Shown here: piece by piece, positions 24,749 to 33,116 of the stretch | Layout of the letters: each line of letters opens with the position of its first letter | Position numbering within the stretch: position 1 is the first letter of the stretch | DNA from: Eubacteriales bacterium | GTDB lineage: Bacteria; Bacillota; Clostridia; Oscillospirales; JAAYXM01 | NCBI GenBank assembly: GCA_045636165.1 | Contig: JAZTWZ010000110.1 | Coordinates: 1-43,473 of the forward strand | DNA: 43,473 nucleotides | Direction of reading: 5' to 3' | Notes under the pieces: generated by a model | Told to the model about the DNA's origin: nothing | Database searches by the model: none | Seen by the model: the letters and a program-made list of their open reading frames with translations, nothing else | Position numbers and translations under genes: made by a program

Positions 24749-24777
24749 TTGACGATAAAGCCTGTTTATGGTAAAAT
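24749..24777 (+). promoter_or_regulatory. prfB promoter
   Basis: TTGACG (24749-24754), 17-bp spacer, TGgTAAAAT (24769-24777). Confidence 0.6.
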
Positions 24778-24814
24778 ATAAAAAATAACTTCTGTTTTTT
24801 AAGGAGAGGGAAAA

Positions 24815-25942
24815 ATGCTTGAACTTGACGAACATAAGCTTCGGATAAATGCGCTTGCCGCACCCATAAAAGAACTTTTTTCGGCTATGGATATAGAGGG
24901 TGTATCGGCTGAACTCAAAGAGCTTGAAGTACAGAGTGAGGCGGAAGATTTCTGGAACGACCTTGAAAATTCCCAGGTCGTTTTAAAGAGAATTTCACGC
25001 ATAAAGGAAAAGATTGAACGCTTCAGAAAGTACGAGAGCGATTATGAGGATATAAAGGCGCTCTTCGAGCTTGCTGTTGAAGCCGACGATGCCGATGCGG
25101 CGGCAGAAGTAGGTGAGCTTCTTGATACGCTTGAAAAGACTCTTGCGGATGCGAGAATCGAAACTCTCCTTTCGGGCGAGTATGATAAAAATAACGCCAT
25201 AATGAGTTTTCAGGCTGGAGCAGGCGGAACAGAGGCGCAGGACTGGGCAGAAATGCTCTACCGTATGTACACCCACTGGGCAGAGCGCCACGGCTTTTCG
25301 TATAAGATTCTCGATTTTCTCGACGGTGATGAAGCAGGGCTTAAAAGCGCGAGCATCCTCATCGAGGGCGAGAATGCTTACGGTTATTTAAAGAGCGAAA
25401 TGGGTGTTCACCGCCTTGTTCGTATTTCTCCGTTTGACTCATCGGGTCGCCGTCATACTTCGTTTGCGGCGGTAGAGGTTATGCCCGAAATAACAGAGGA
25501 TGTCGAGGTTGAAATCCGACCTGAAGATTTAAAGGTCGATACCTACCGTTCATCGGGTGCAGGCGGTCAGCATGTCAACAAGACCGAGTCTGCAATCAGA
25601 ATTACCCATATCCCGACAGGCATTGTCGTTGCGTGTCAGAACGAGCGAAGCCAGCATCAGAACCGAGAGGTTGCGCTTCGTATGCTCAAGTCAAAGCTTG
25701 TTGAGATTAAAGAGAGAGAAAACCTTGAGCGAATTGAAGATATAAAGGGAGAGCAGAAGCTTATCGAATGGGGAAGCCAGATCCGCTCGTATGTATTTAT
25801 GCCCTATACGCTCGCGAAGGACCACAGAACGGGCTTTGAAAACGGAAATATCGGCGCGGTTATGGACGGCGATATTGACGGCTTTATAAACGAGTATCTG
25901 ACGCAGATGGCAGTTGCATCAGGGGGAAAAAGCGGCAAGTAG
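24815..25942 (+). CDS. prfB: peptide chain release factor 2, single uninterrupted frame
   Basis: 375 aa with the SPF tripeptide (RISPFDSSGRRHTSF) and the GGQ motif (SGAGGQHVNKTESAIRITHIPTG). There is no in-frame UGA near codon 25. Confidence 0.93.
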   Translation: MLELDEHKLRINALAAPIKELFSAMDIEGVSAELKELEVQSEAEDFWNDLENSQVVLKRISRIKEKIERFRKYESDYEDIKALFELAVEADDADAAAEVGELLDTLEKTLADARIETLLSGEYDKNNAIMSFQAGAGGTEAQDWAEMLYRMYTHWAERHGFSYKILDFLDGDEAGLKSASILIEGENAYGYLKSEMGVHRLVRISPFDSSGRRHTSFAAVEVMPEITEDVEVEIRPEDLKVDTYRSSGAGGQHVNKTESAIRITHIPTGIVVACQNERSQHQNREVALRMLKSKLVEIKERENLERIEDIKGEQKLIEWGSQIRSYVFMPYTLAKDHRTGFENGNIGAVMDGDIDGFINEYLTQMAVASGGKSGK

Positions 25943-25951
25943 GTGTAAGAT

Positions 25952-28123
25952 ATGTGGATAAAGAAGCTATATGCAACATTCGGAAAACTGAATAACGAGA
26001 CGCTCAGTCTCTCATCGGGGCTGAATGTGATATACGGCAAAAACGAGTCGGGTAAATCTACCTGGACTTCCTTTATCCGTGCCATGTTTTACGGAATCTC
26101 AACTCGTGAGAAGAAAAAGGACGGGTTTATTCCCGATAAGGAAAAGTTCCTTCCCTGGAGCGGTGACGCAATGTACGGGAAGATGGAGCTTGAAAATGAG
26201 AGCGGCGCGATAACGGTCGAGCGAACGAGCGCAAAAGCAGGAGTTCTCTCGAAAGTAACGGCGAAGTTTGACGAAAGTGGGCTTGACGCGCCTGTCGGCG
26301 ATGCTCTTGTCGGCGTGTCACCGAGTGTTTATGAGAGAACGGCGTTTATCCGCCAGTCGGGGATAGGCGTTTCGGCAGATGCAGAGACGGAGAGAAGAAT
26401 TCTCTCGATAGTTTCAAGCGGTGATGAAACGGTTTCCGCAGGCGAGGTAATAAGCCGTCTAAAGAAACGCCAGAGGCTTCTCGATGGAACATCAAAGAAT
26501 GCGGAAATTCCGAAGCTTTCGGCAGAATATGAAGCTCTTTCAAGAAAAATATCGGAATCAAACGAAAAACTCTCGGAAATTGAGCGCATTACGGAAAGTC
26601 TTGATGCGTGCAAGGCGGCAGAAGCAAAGCTTAAGAGAGAAGCCTTAATCGCAAAAGCCGAGGAAGAAAAGAATAAACGAGGCTATATTGAGAAGGTAAA
26701 GGCAGATTTTTCTGCCGCAGCAGAAAAACTCAAAGAAACAGAAAACTATCCGACCCGTCGTGAGCTTGATTTATTCTTGCAGAAGAAAAACGAGATGGCA
26801 ATGGCGCTCCTTGAAAAAGAGCAGGGCGAAAAGGTTTCCGCGCTTCTTCGCGAGGAGATGTCAAAATGCGAGAGCAGGATAACGGCGTCTCCGTTTGCAG
26901 GGCTTTCTGAAGAAGAAGCGAGAGAGGCTTCTGTTAAAGATATTTCGCTCATTTCTCTTGCTGAGAAATCTAAAAAGAAGGTCGTTCTTGCGATTGTCGC
27001 GCTGGTTCTCGCGGCAGGCTTTACAGCTCTTGGTATAATTTTATCACCCATCTTTTTGGCTTTTGCAGTGTTTTCGTTTGCTTTCTCGCTCGGAATACTG
27101 TTCTCAAAGAACAAAAACAGCCGCATTGCCGACGAACTTTCGGGGAAATACGGCGAATGCAGTGTTGATGCGATAAGCTCATCTCTTTCCGAATACAGAG
27201 AACTTCTTGCTTCAATGAACGAAGCGTCGTCAAAGTTTTCGGAAAATGAAATTTTAAATAAAAACAAGGAAATAACCCTTTCTCTCTGTGAGGAGGATAT
27301 GAAAAAAATCGCATCACAGTTTTTGAAAGCTGAAACGGATGACCTCGCTTTAGTTGAAGCAAAGCTCACTTCGCTTGTTTCGCTCCGTGAAGATGCCTTT
27401 CTTTCCGAGAAAGAAGCCAGAGCAAAGGTTGAAGCTCTTACTGCTACAGCTGATATGAGCGAAACGGCGATTGAATATACCGCGGACGAAATTCCGTCGC
27501 AGAGCTTTTCCGAGATAGAAAAAGAGATAAAAGAGGTTTCAGAGCAGATAAAGCGATTTGAAATCGCGCTTGCAACGATAAAATCTTCTCTTTTAGATTT
27601 TTCTTCCGAAAAGGCAGAAAAGGAGCTTTGCGGAATACGGACCAAGCTCTCAAGGTTGAATGACGAATACGATGCCTTAAGCCTTGCGATTGACACGATA
27701 GACGAGGCAGAACTTGAGCTTAAAACCCGATTCTCTCCCGAAATTGAAAAGAGAACGGCTGAAATTTTCAGTTACCTCACGGGAGGAAGCTATGAGGTGG
27801 TAAGGGTTAAAAATGCAGATTTCGAGATGGATGTCGCAAGCGGTATCGCAACCTCGCCGAGAGAGAGTCTTATGCTTTCTCAGGGAACGGTTGATGAGCT
27901 GTATTTTGCGCTTCGTCTTGCGCTTTTTGAAACGATAGTTCCAAAAAAAGATACGCCTCCGCTTATTATTGACGATGCGTTTGTGAATTTCGATGATGTA
28001 AGGCTTGAAAGGGCACTTGATTTGCTTACCCAAAAGGCACAGAAGATGCAGATAATCATCTTCTCCTGCCACAGGAGAGAGGCGGAATATTTAAAAGGAA
28101 AAGCAAATATCCGAGAACTTTAA
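25952..28123 (+). CDS. YhaN/SbcC/Rad50-like AAA ATPase with a central membrane hairpin
   Basis: N-terminal Walker A is GKNESGKST, followed by long E/K/L-rich coiled-coil stretches. Two adjacent hydrophobic helices are VVLAIVALVLAAGFTALGIILSPIFLAFAVFSFAFSLGILF (about 26981-27105). The C-terminus carries LSQGTVDELYFALRLAL and Walker B PLIIDDAF. Confidence 0.75.
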   Translation: MWIKKLYATFGKLNNETLSLSSGLNVIYGKNESGKSTWTSFIRAMFYGISTREKKKDGFIPDKEKFLPWSGDAMYGKMELENESGAITVERTSAKAGVLSKVTAKFDESGLDAPVGDALVGVSPSVYERTAFIRQSGIGVSADAETERRILSIVSSGDETVSAGEVISRLKKRQRLLDGTSKNAEIPKLSAEYEALSRKISESNEKLSEIERITESLDACKAAEAKLKREALIAKAEEEKNKRGYIEKVKADFSAAAEKLKETENYPTRRELDLFLQKKNEMAMALLEKEQGEKVSALLREEMSKCESRITASPFAGLSEEEAREASVKDISLISLAEKSKKKVVLAIVALVLAAGFTALGIILSPIFLAFAVFSFAFSLGILFSKNKNSRIADELSGKYGECSVDAISSSLSEYRELLASMNEASSKFSENEILNKNKEITLSLCEEDMKKIASQFLKAETDDLALVEAKLTSLVSLREDAFLSEKEARAKVEALTATADMSETAIEYTADEIPSQSFSEIEKEIKEVSEQIKRFEIALATIKSSLLDFSSEKAEKELCGIRTKLSRLNDEYDALSLAIDTIDEAELELKTRFSPEIEKRTAEIFSYLTGGSYEVVRVKNADFEMDVASGIATSPRESLMLSQGTVDELYFALRLALFETIVPKKDTPPLIIDDAFVNFDDVRLERALDLLTQKAQKMQIIIFSCHRREAEYLKGKANIREL

Positions 28124-28191
28124 AAAAAGGTTTCATTATTCTTAAAATTGTTGTATAATAATAGAAAATGCAAAACAAAGGGGTTATAAAA

Positions 28192-28890
28192 ATGTCAGAG
28201 CTTTGTGCAAATGAAGGAAAGAATACGATAATCACGGTTGAAGGACGCGACTATATGCGCCTTCCGATAAAGACTCATGTCGTCACCGAAAACGATGTAA
28301 TTGCCGATGTTGCAGAGAAGTATGCAATGGAGCACATGCAGGAGGGAGACATTCTCTTTATCTCAGAAAAGTGTGTAGCTTGCTCGCAGAGAAGAGCTGT
28401 ACCACTTGATGAGATCAATCCGCGCCCGCTTGCAAAGCTTCTTTGCAAATTCGTTTTGAAAACACCTCACGGTATCGGTCTCGGAATTCCTGAAACAATG
28501 GAAATGGCTCTTCGCGAATGCGGAACTCCGCGAATTCTCTTTGCAGCTCTTATCAGCGCTGTCGGTAAGCTCTTTAAGCGTCGCGGCTGGTTCTATAAGG
28601 TAGCAGGATACCGCGCAGAGTCAATCGACGGTCCGACTCCCTATACTCTTCCGCCGTACAATAAGTGCGTAGTTCTCGGTCCGGAGAACCCGGATAAGGT
28701 TGCGCGCGATGTTGCAGCAAAGATAGGCTTCAGAGTTATTATCGTTGATATAAACGACCTTGCAGGAAAGATTCTCGGTGCATCAGATGAAACTCTTGAC
28801 CGTGAGCTTCTCCCGAAGATTCTTAAAGATAATCCGCTCGGTCAGAACGCACAGCAGACTCCGATGGGAATAATCCGCGAGGTTAAGTAG
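28192..28890 (+). CDS. CofE-like (F420-0:gamma-glutamyl ligase fold, PF01996-like) protein of unknown function
   Basis: ATG 28192 lies 8 nt after AAAGGGG. Remembered CofE-like patterns are GDILFISEKCVACSQRR and VIIVDINDLAGKILG. Length is 232 aa. Confidence 0.6.
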   Translation: MSELCANEGKNTIITVEGRDYMRLPIKTHVVTENDVIADVAEKYAMEHMQEGDILFISEKCVACSQRRAVPLDEINPRPLAKLLCKFVLKTPHGIGLGIPETMEMALRECGTPRILFAALISAVGKLFKRRGWFYKVAGYRAESIDGPTPYTLPPYNKCVVLGPENPDKVARDVAAKIGFRVIIVDINDLAGKILGASDETLDRELLPKILKDNPLGQNAQQTPMGIIREVK

Positions 28891-28892
28891 GA

Positions 28893-30083
28893 ATGCAGTT
28901 TGAACATATAAAAAAGGTTGCGGAGGAAAACTCAAAGCGCATTCTTGAGTCGTTTGCGAAGCACAGAGTTTCGGACACTATGTTTGCCGGAACGACGGGT
29001 TACGGTTATAACGACCAGGGAAGAGATACCCTCGATTCCATATACTCCGATGTGTTCGGAGCAGAGGATGCGATTTGCCGCATACAGTTTGTAAACGGAA
29101 CCCACGCGCTTTTCTGCGCTATGTTCGGTGCTCTCAACCCGGGAGATACGCTTCTTTCGATAACGGGTGCGCCGTATGATACGCTTCTCGGTGCGATCGG
29201 AGTTTCGGGCTCACCCCGTCACGGTACGCTTGCAGAATACGGCGTAAAGTACCGCGAGATACCGATGAAGAACGGCGGTGTGGATATCGATTCTGCAGTA
29301 GCAGCGGCAGAGGAAGAAGAAAATGTCCTCGTTTACATACAGCGCTCACGCGGTTACGGTGACCGTCGCGCACTCTCGGTTTCAGAGATTGAAGATATAA
29401 TTAAAAAGATTAAGGATAAAAATCCGAAAGCCCTCGTAATGGTCGATAACTGTTATGGCGAGTTCTGTGAAACCCGTGAGCCGACCCATGTCGGAGCAGA
29501 TATTATGGCAGGCTCTCTTATAAAGAACCCTGGTGGAGGACTTGCGCCGACGGGAGGATATGTCGCAGGAAGACAGGAGCTTGTCGAGCGTGCGGCAGAG
29601 AGGCTTACCGTTCCGGGAATAGGTCGCGAATGCGGCTCATCGCTCGGAAATAACAGACTTCTTTTCCAGGGCTTCTTTATGGCACCGCATATCGTTTCGC
29701 AGGCTCTTATGACGGCGATTTTTGCGGCAAAGACCTTCGAGGAAATGGGATATGAGGTTTCACCTCGCTCAGATGAGGCGAGATACGACATCATTCAGAC
29801 GATAGAGCTTAAGAACGCGGACACTCTTTCCGCTTTCTGTCGCGGTATCCAGTCAGGAGCACCGTGCGACTCATTCGTAACGCCTGAGGCATGGGATATG
29901 CCGGGATATGACGACCCCGTCATTATGGCAGCAGGCGCGTTTGTTCAGGGCTCGTCAATCGAACTTTCGGCAGATGCGCCGATGAGAGAGCCGTATCGCG
30001 TATATCTCCAGGGCGGAATAACTTACGAAAGCGGAAAGCTCGGAATTCTCCGCGCAGCAGAAGAAATAAAGAAACTCATCTGA
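28893..30083 (+). CDS. YnbB / aluminium-resistance family PLP-dependent enzyme (Met_gamma_lyase-like, PF06838)
   Basis: TTGYGYNDQGRDTLDSIYSDVFGAEDAICRIQFVNGTHAL is a close match to the family N-terminus as I remember it. Length is 396 aa. It starts 2 nt after the preceding stop codon. Confidence 0.85.
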   Translation: MQFEHIKKVAEENSKRILESFAKHRVSDTMFAGTTGYGYNDQGRDTLDSIYSDVFGAEDAICRIQFVNGTHALFCAMFGALNPGDTLLSITGAPYDTLLGAIGVSGSPRHGTLAEYGVKYREIPMKNGGVDIDSAVAAAEEEENVLVYIQRSRGYGDRRALSVSEIEDIIKKIKDKNPKALVMVDNCYGEFCETREPTHVGADIMAGSLIKNPGGGLAPTGGYVAGRQELVERAAERLTVPGIGRECGSSLGNNRLLFQGFFMAPHIVSQALMTAIFAAKTFEEMGYEVSPRSDEARYDIIQTIELKNADTLSAFCRGIQSGAPCDSFVTPEAWDMPGYDDPVIMAAGAFVQGSSIELSADAPMREPYRVYLQGGITYESGKLGILRAAEEIKKLI

Positions 30084-30097
30084 AGTGAGAAGAATAA

Positions 30098-30163
30098 ATG
30101 AATTATCTTGCAGTAGATATTGGCGTGTCAAGCGGACGCCATATCACAAAAAATGAAGCGTAA
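30098..30163 (+). pseudogene. 21-codon relic of an FGGY-family sugar kinase (rhamnulokinase-like N-terminus)
   Basis: MNYLAVDIGVSSGRHITKNEA* contains the ASKHA phosphate-1 motif AVDIGxSSGRH, then stops. Nothing kinase-like follows. Confidence 0.6.
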
Positions 30164-30179
30164 GCGAAATGTAAAATAA

Positions 30180-30212
30180 AAATAGCAGAGGTTATAACCT
30201 CTGCTATTTTTC
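30180..30212. terminator. bidirectional-looking terminator
   Basis: ATAGCAGAGG-ttataa-CCTCTGCTAT is flanked by an A-run upstream and TTTTTCT downstream. Confidence 0.75.
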
Positions 30213-30263
30213 TATATCAGGTTTTCAATTAAAAATAAATTTTTCCTGTAATATTAGTCACTC

Positions 30264-30296
30264 CAAAAACAAAACGGTGCAAAAAATTTGCACCGC
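30264..30296 (-). terminator. terminator after the ferredoxin gene
   Basis: On the minus strand: CGGTGCAAA-tttt-TTTGCACCG followed by TTTTGTTTTT. Confidence 0.75.
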
Positions 30297-30316
30297 TTCG
30301 TCTTTTTTAAACAGAA

Positions 30317-30487
30317 TTACTCAGCGCTGATTGCCTCAACCGGGCAAGCTGCAGCGCAAGCACCGCAATCTGCACAAGCATCCTTGTCGATAACAAATTT
30401 TGTATCGCCTTCAGAAATGCAGCCTACGGGGCATTCAGAAGCGCAAGAGCCGCACTGGATGCACTCGTCATTGATTACATATGCCAT
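30317..30487 (-). CDS. fdx: 2x[4Fe-4S] clostridial-type ferredoxin
   Basis: 56 aa from ATG 30487, 9 nt after GGAGG: MAYVINDECIQCGSCASECPVGCI...ACADCGACAAACPVEAI, with two CxxCxxCxxxCP motifs. The longer track ORF N-terminus is not supported. Confidence 0.92.
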   Translation of the reverse strand: MAYVINDECIQCGSCASECPVGCISEGDTKFVIDKDACADCGACAAACPVEAISAE

Positions 30488-30668
30488 GGGAAAACACCTC
30501 CAAGTATTTGATGTATATATTGTAACAATGAATAGAGAAAAATGCAATGGGGAAAACTAAAAAATTTTTTAATTTTTTAAAAACTTTTGCAAAATGCAAT
30601 CAGAAAGAAGTGTTAAAAAGCTTATAAAATGGGAAGAATAGATAAAAATGAAAGCAGAGGCGGCAAAA

Positions 30669-33116
30669 ATGTTTTTTGAAAACAGGTTTACCCTGCGCGC
30701 TGAGAGCGTGCTTAAAAATTCGCATGAATGCGCGGCAAGGCTTGGTCACGGCTATGTTGGAAGTGAGCATATTCTGATGGCGCTGTCCGCAGAAAAAGAG
30801 GGAAAGAGCCGTGAAGCGCTTCTGAAAGCCGGCATAACTCAGGAAAAAATACAGAAGACAGTTTGCGAGAGAGTAGGCAAGGGAAGATGTGGCGCCGCAA
30901 CGCCGCAGGGGCTTACGCCGTGTGCAAAGCGGATAGTGGTAAGAGCGTATGAAATAGCCGGGGGTGAGGGAAAAAGCTTTATAGGCGAAGAGCATATTTT
31001 TCTTGCCATGTTAAAAGAAGAGGAGAGCGAGGGGACGAGAGTTCTTTGTATTCTCGGTGGCGAAAAGGAAAAACTTATGCAGATTTTGCTCTCGCTTGGC
31101 AGCGATAATGATGCGGAATATCGCCGACCGGAAAGCTTTGGGAAAACAAAGGAAAGAGCAGAACTCAGAACTCTTAAAAGCTTCGGACGCGATATGTGCG
31201 CCCTTGCGCGCGAGGGGAAGTTTGACCCCGTGATTGGTCGCGAGCGCGAGCTTCTCAGGATGGTACAGATTCTTTCAAGAAGAACGAAGAATAACCCCAT
31301 TCTCCTCGGAAATGCAGGTGTTGGTAAAACTGCGCTTGTAGAGGGGCTTGCCCAGATGATAGCGAATAAAACCGTTCCGTCGGAGCTTTCGGAGAAGAAG
31401 ATATATTCGGTGGATATATCGTCAATCGTCGCCGGGACAAAATACCGCGGAGAATTTGAAGAGAGAATAAAGGCGATGTTCTCCGAAGTCGCAAAAGCAG
31501 GAGATGTAATAATTTTTATAGACGAGATTCATACGATTGTCGGCGCCGGTGCGGCGGAGGGTGCGATTGACGCTGCGAATATTTTAAAACCTGCGCTTTC
31601 TCGACGCGAAGTTCAGATAATCGGCGCAACGACCTTTGAAGAATACAGAAAGCATATAGAAAGGGATGCAGCGCTTGTTCGCAGATTCCAGGCGATAGAA
31701 GTGGATGAACCGTCGGAGGAGGAGTGCATTAAAATCATTGAAGGGCTTGCTCCGAAATATGAAAAGCATCACAGTCTCGCGGTGAGCAAAAACGCTATAT
31801 CCGCTGCAGTTACGCTCTCGAAAAGATACCTGCCCGAAAGAAAGCTTCCCGATAAGGCGATTGATCTTATCGACGAGGCTCTCAGCAAAAAACGGATAGA
31901 GGCATCTTTGCCGCCACAGGATATACAGAAGCTTGAGGATAAGATAGCTCTTGCGTTTGATAAGAAGAGGCGGAGCATTGAGGCGGAGAATTTCGAAGAG
32001 GCGGCAATCTTCCGCGATGAGGAGGAAAGGCTGAAGCTTGAACTTATGGGGGTTTCCGAGCTCTGGAAAAAGACAGTATCGGGAAGTGTCGGGATAGATT
32101 CTGACGATATAGCCGAGGTAATAAGCGAGCAGACGGAGATTCCGGTAAAGCGGATAACAAAAGGCGAGAGCGCGCGACTTCGAAATCTTGAAGATGAGCT
32201 TTCAAAGGAAGTAATCGGGCAAAGCAGTGCAATATCCGCGCTCGCACGGGCAATCAGAGCCTCCCGTTGCGGACTATCGGACGAAACACGCCCGATAGGC
32301 TCGTTTCTGTTTGCAGGTCCCACCGGGGTCGGAAAAACAAAACTTTCCATAGCACTTGCCGAAAGCCTCTTTGACGGAAAGGAAAAGATTATACGGCTTG
32401 ATATGTCGGAGTATATGGAAAAAAGCTCTGTATCCAAAATTATCGGCGCGCCTCCGGGGTATGTCGGTTATGAGGAAAAGGAGACGCTTGTCGATAAGGT
32501 GCGAAAAAAACCGTATTGTGTTGTCCTTGTTGACGAGATTGAAAAGGCGCACCCCGATATTCTCAATATTCTGCTTCAGATTCTTGATGAGGGAAGGCTC
32601 ACCGATTCTCACGGGAAGTGTGCAGACTTTAAAAACTGCGTTATAATAATGACTTCAAACATCGGTGCGAAGAAGCTCTCGTCTCCTGCCGTGGGCTTTT
32701 CAGAAAACGGGGAAGAGAAGGATACCGAACGGCTTCGAAAGATTGTTGTAAACGAGCTTAAGACCATTATGACGCCCGAGCTTATAGGAAGAATAGATGA
32801 GGTGATAGTTTTTTCTCCCCTTAGTGAAAATGAGCTTTTGAAGATTCTCGATATAGAAATAAAAAAGCTCATATCCCGTGCAAAAGCAAAAGGGATAGAG
32901 CTTTTTGTAAGTGATGATGCAAGAGAGGTGTTTGTTAAAAGAAGTCTCGCGTCACGCGCAGGTGCGCGCGAGCTGTCAAAGACCGTAAGACGCGAGATTT
33001 ATGACAAGCTCTCGGAGATTATCCTTGACCTTGAGGGCGATGCCTGTTGTGTAGTGTATTCCGATAACGGAGAAATAAGACTAAAGAACAGTCTTCAGAT
33101 ACTTTCCGGTGAATGA
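30669..33116 (+). CDS. clpC: ATP-dependent Clp protease ATP-binding subunit ClpC-like (class I AAA+)
   Basis: Clp_N repeats ([30 protein letters not shown]). Two Walker A motifs, GNAGVGKT and [11 protein letters not shown]-like linker [20 protein letters not shown] 30669 lies 8 nt after GAGG; the alternative start is 30648. Confidence 0.9.
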   Translation: MFFENRFTLRAESVLKNSHECAARLGHGYVGSEHILMALSAEKEGKSREALLKAGITQEKIQKTVCERVGKGRCGAATPQGLTPCAKRIVVRAYEIAGGEGKSFIGEEHIFLAMLKEEESEGTRVLCILGGEKEKLMQILLSLGSDNDAEYRRPESFGKTKERAELRTLKSFGRDMCALAREGKFDPVIGRERELLRMVQILSRRTKNNPILLGNAGVGKTALVEGLAQMIANKTVPSELSEKKIYSVDISSIVAGTKYRGEFEERIKAMFSEVAKAGDVIIFIDEIHTIVGAGAAEGAIDAANILKPALSRREVQIIGATTFEEYRKHIERDAALVRRFQAIEVDEPSEEECIKIIEGLAPKYEKHHSLAVSKNAISAAVTLSKRYLPERKLPDKAIDLIDEALSKKRIEASLPPQDIQKLEDKIALAFDKKRRSIEAENFEEAAIFRDEEERLKLELMGVSELWKKTVSGSVGIDSDDIAEVISEQTEIPVKRITKGESARLRNLEDELSKEVIGQSSAISALARAIRASRCGLSDETRPIGSFLFAGPTGVGKTKLSIALAESLFDGKEKIIRLDMSEYMEKSSVSKIIGAPPGYVGYEEKETLVDKVRKKPYCVVLVDEIEKAHPDILNILLQILDEGRLTDSHGKCADFKNCVIIMTSNIGAKKLSSPAVGFSENGEEKDTERLRKIVVNELKTIMTPELIGRIDEVIVFSPLSENELLKILDIEIKKLISRAKAKGIELFVSDDAREVFVKRSLASRAGARELSKTVRREIYDKLSEIILDLEGDACCVVYSDNGEIRLKNSLQILSGE

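Noticed and set aside
24122-24835. 237-aa minus-strand ORF opposite the SDR gene
   Set aside because: It is antisense to a gene with TGxxxGxG and YxxxK motifs. It also spans the SDR terminator and the prfB promoter.
26746-27696. 316-aa minus-strand ORF inside the YhaN-like gene
   Set aside because: It is serine-rich, the signature of the reverse complement of an E/K/L-rich coiled-coil coding region.
30548-30668. CtsR operator upstream of clpC
   Set aside because: No tandem GGTCAAA heptads are present in the leader, and ctsR/mcsA/mcsB are absent from the locus.
31769-32437. 222-aa minus-strand ORF inside clpC
   Set aside because: It is antisense to a highly conserved AAA+ module and is S-rich shadow-ORF material.
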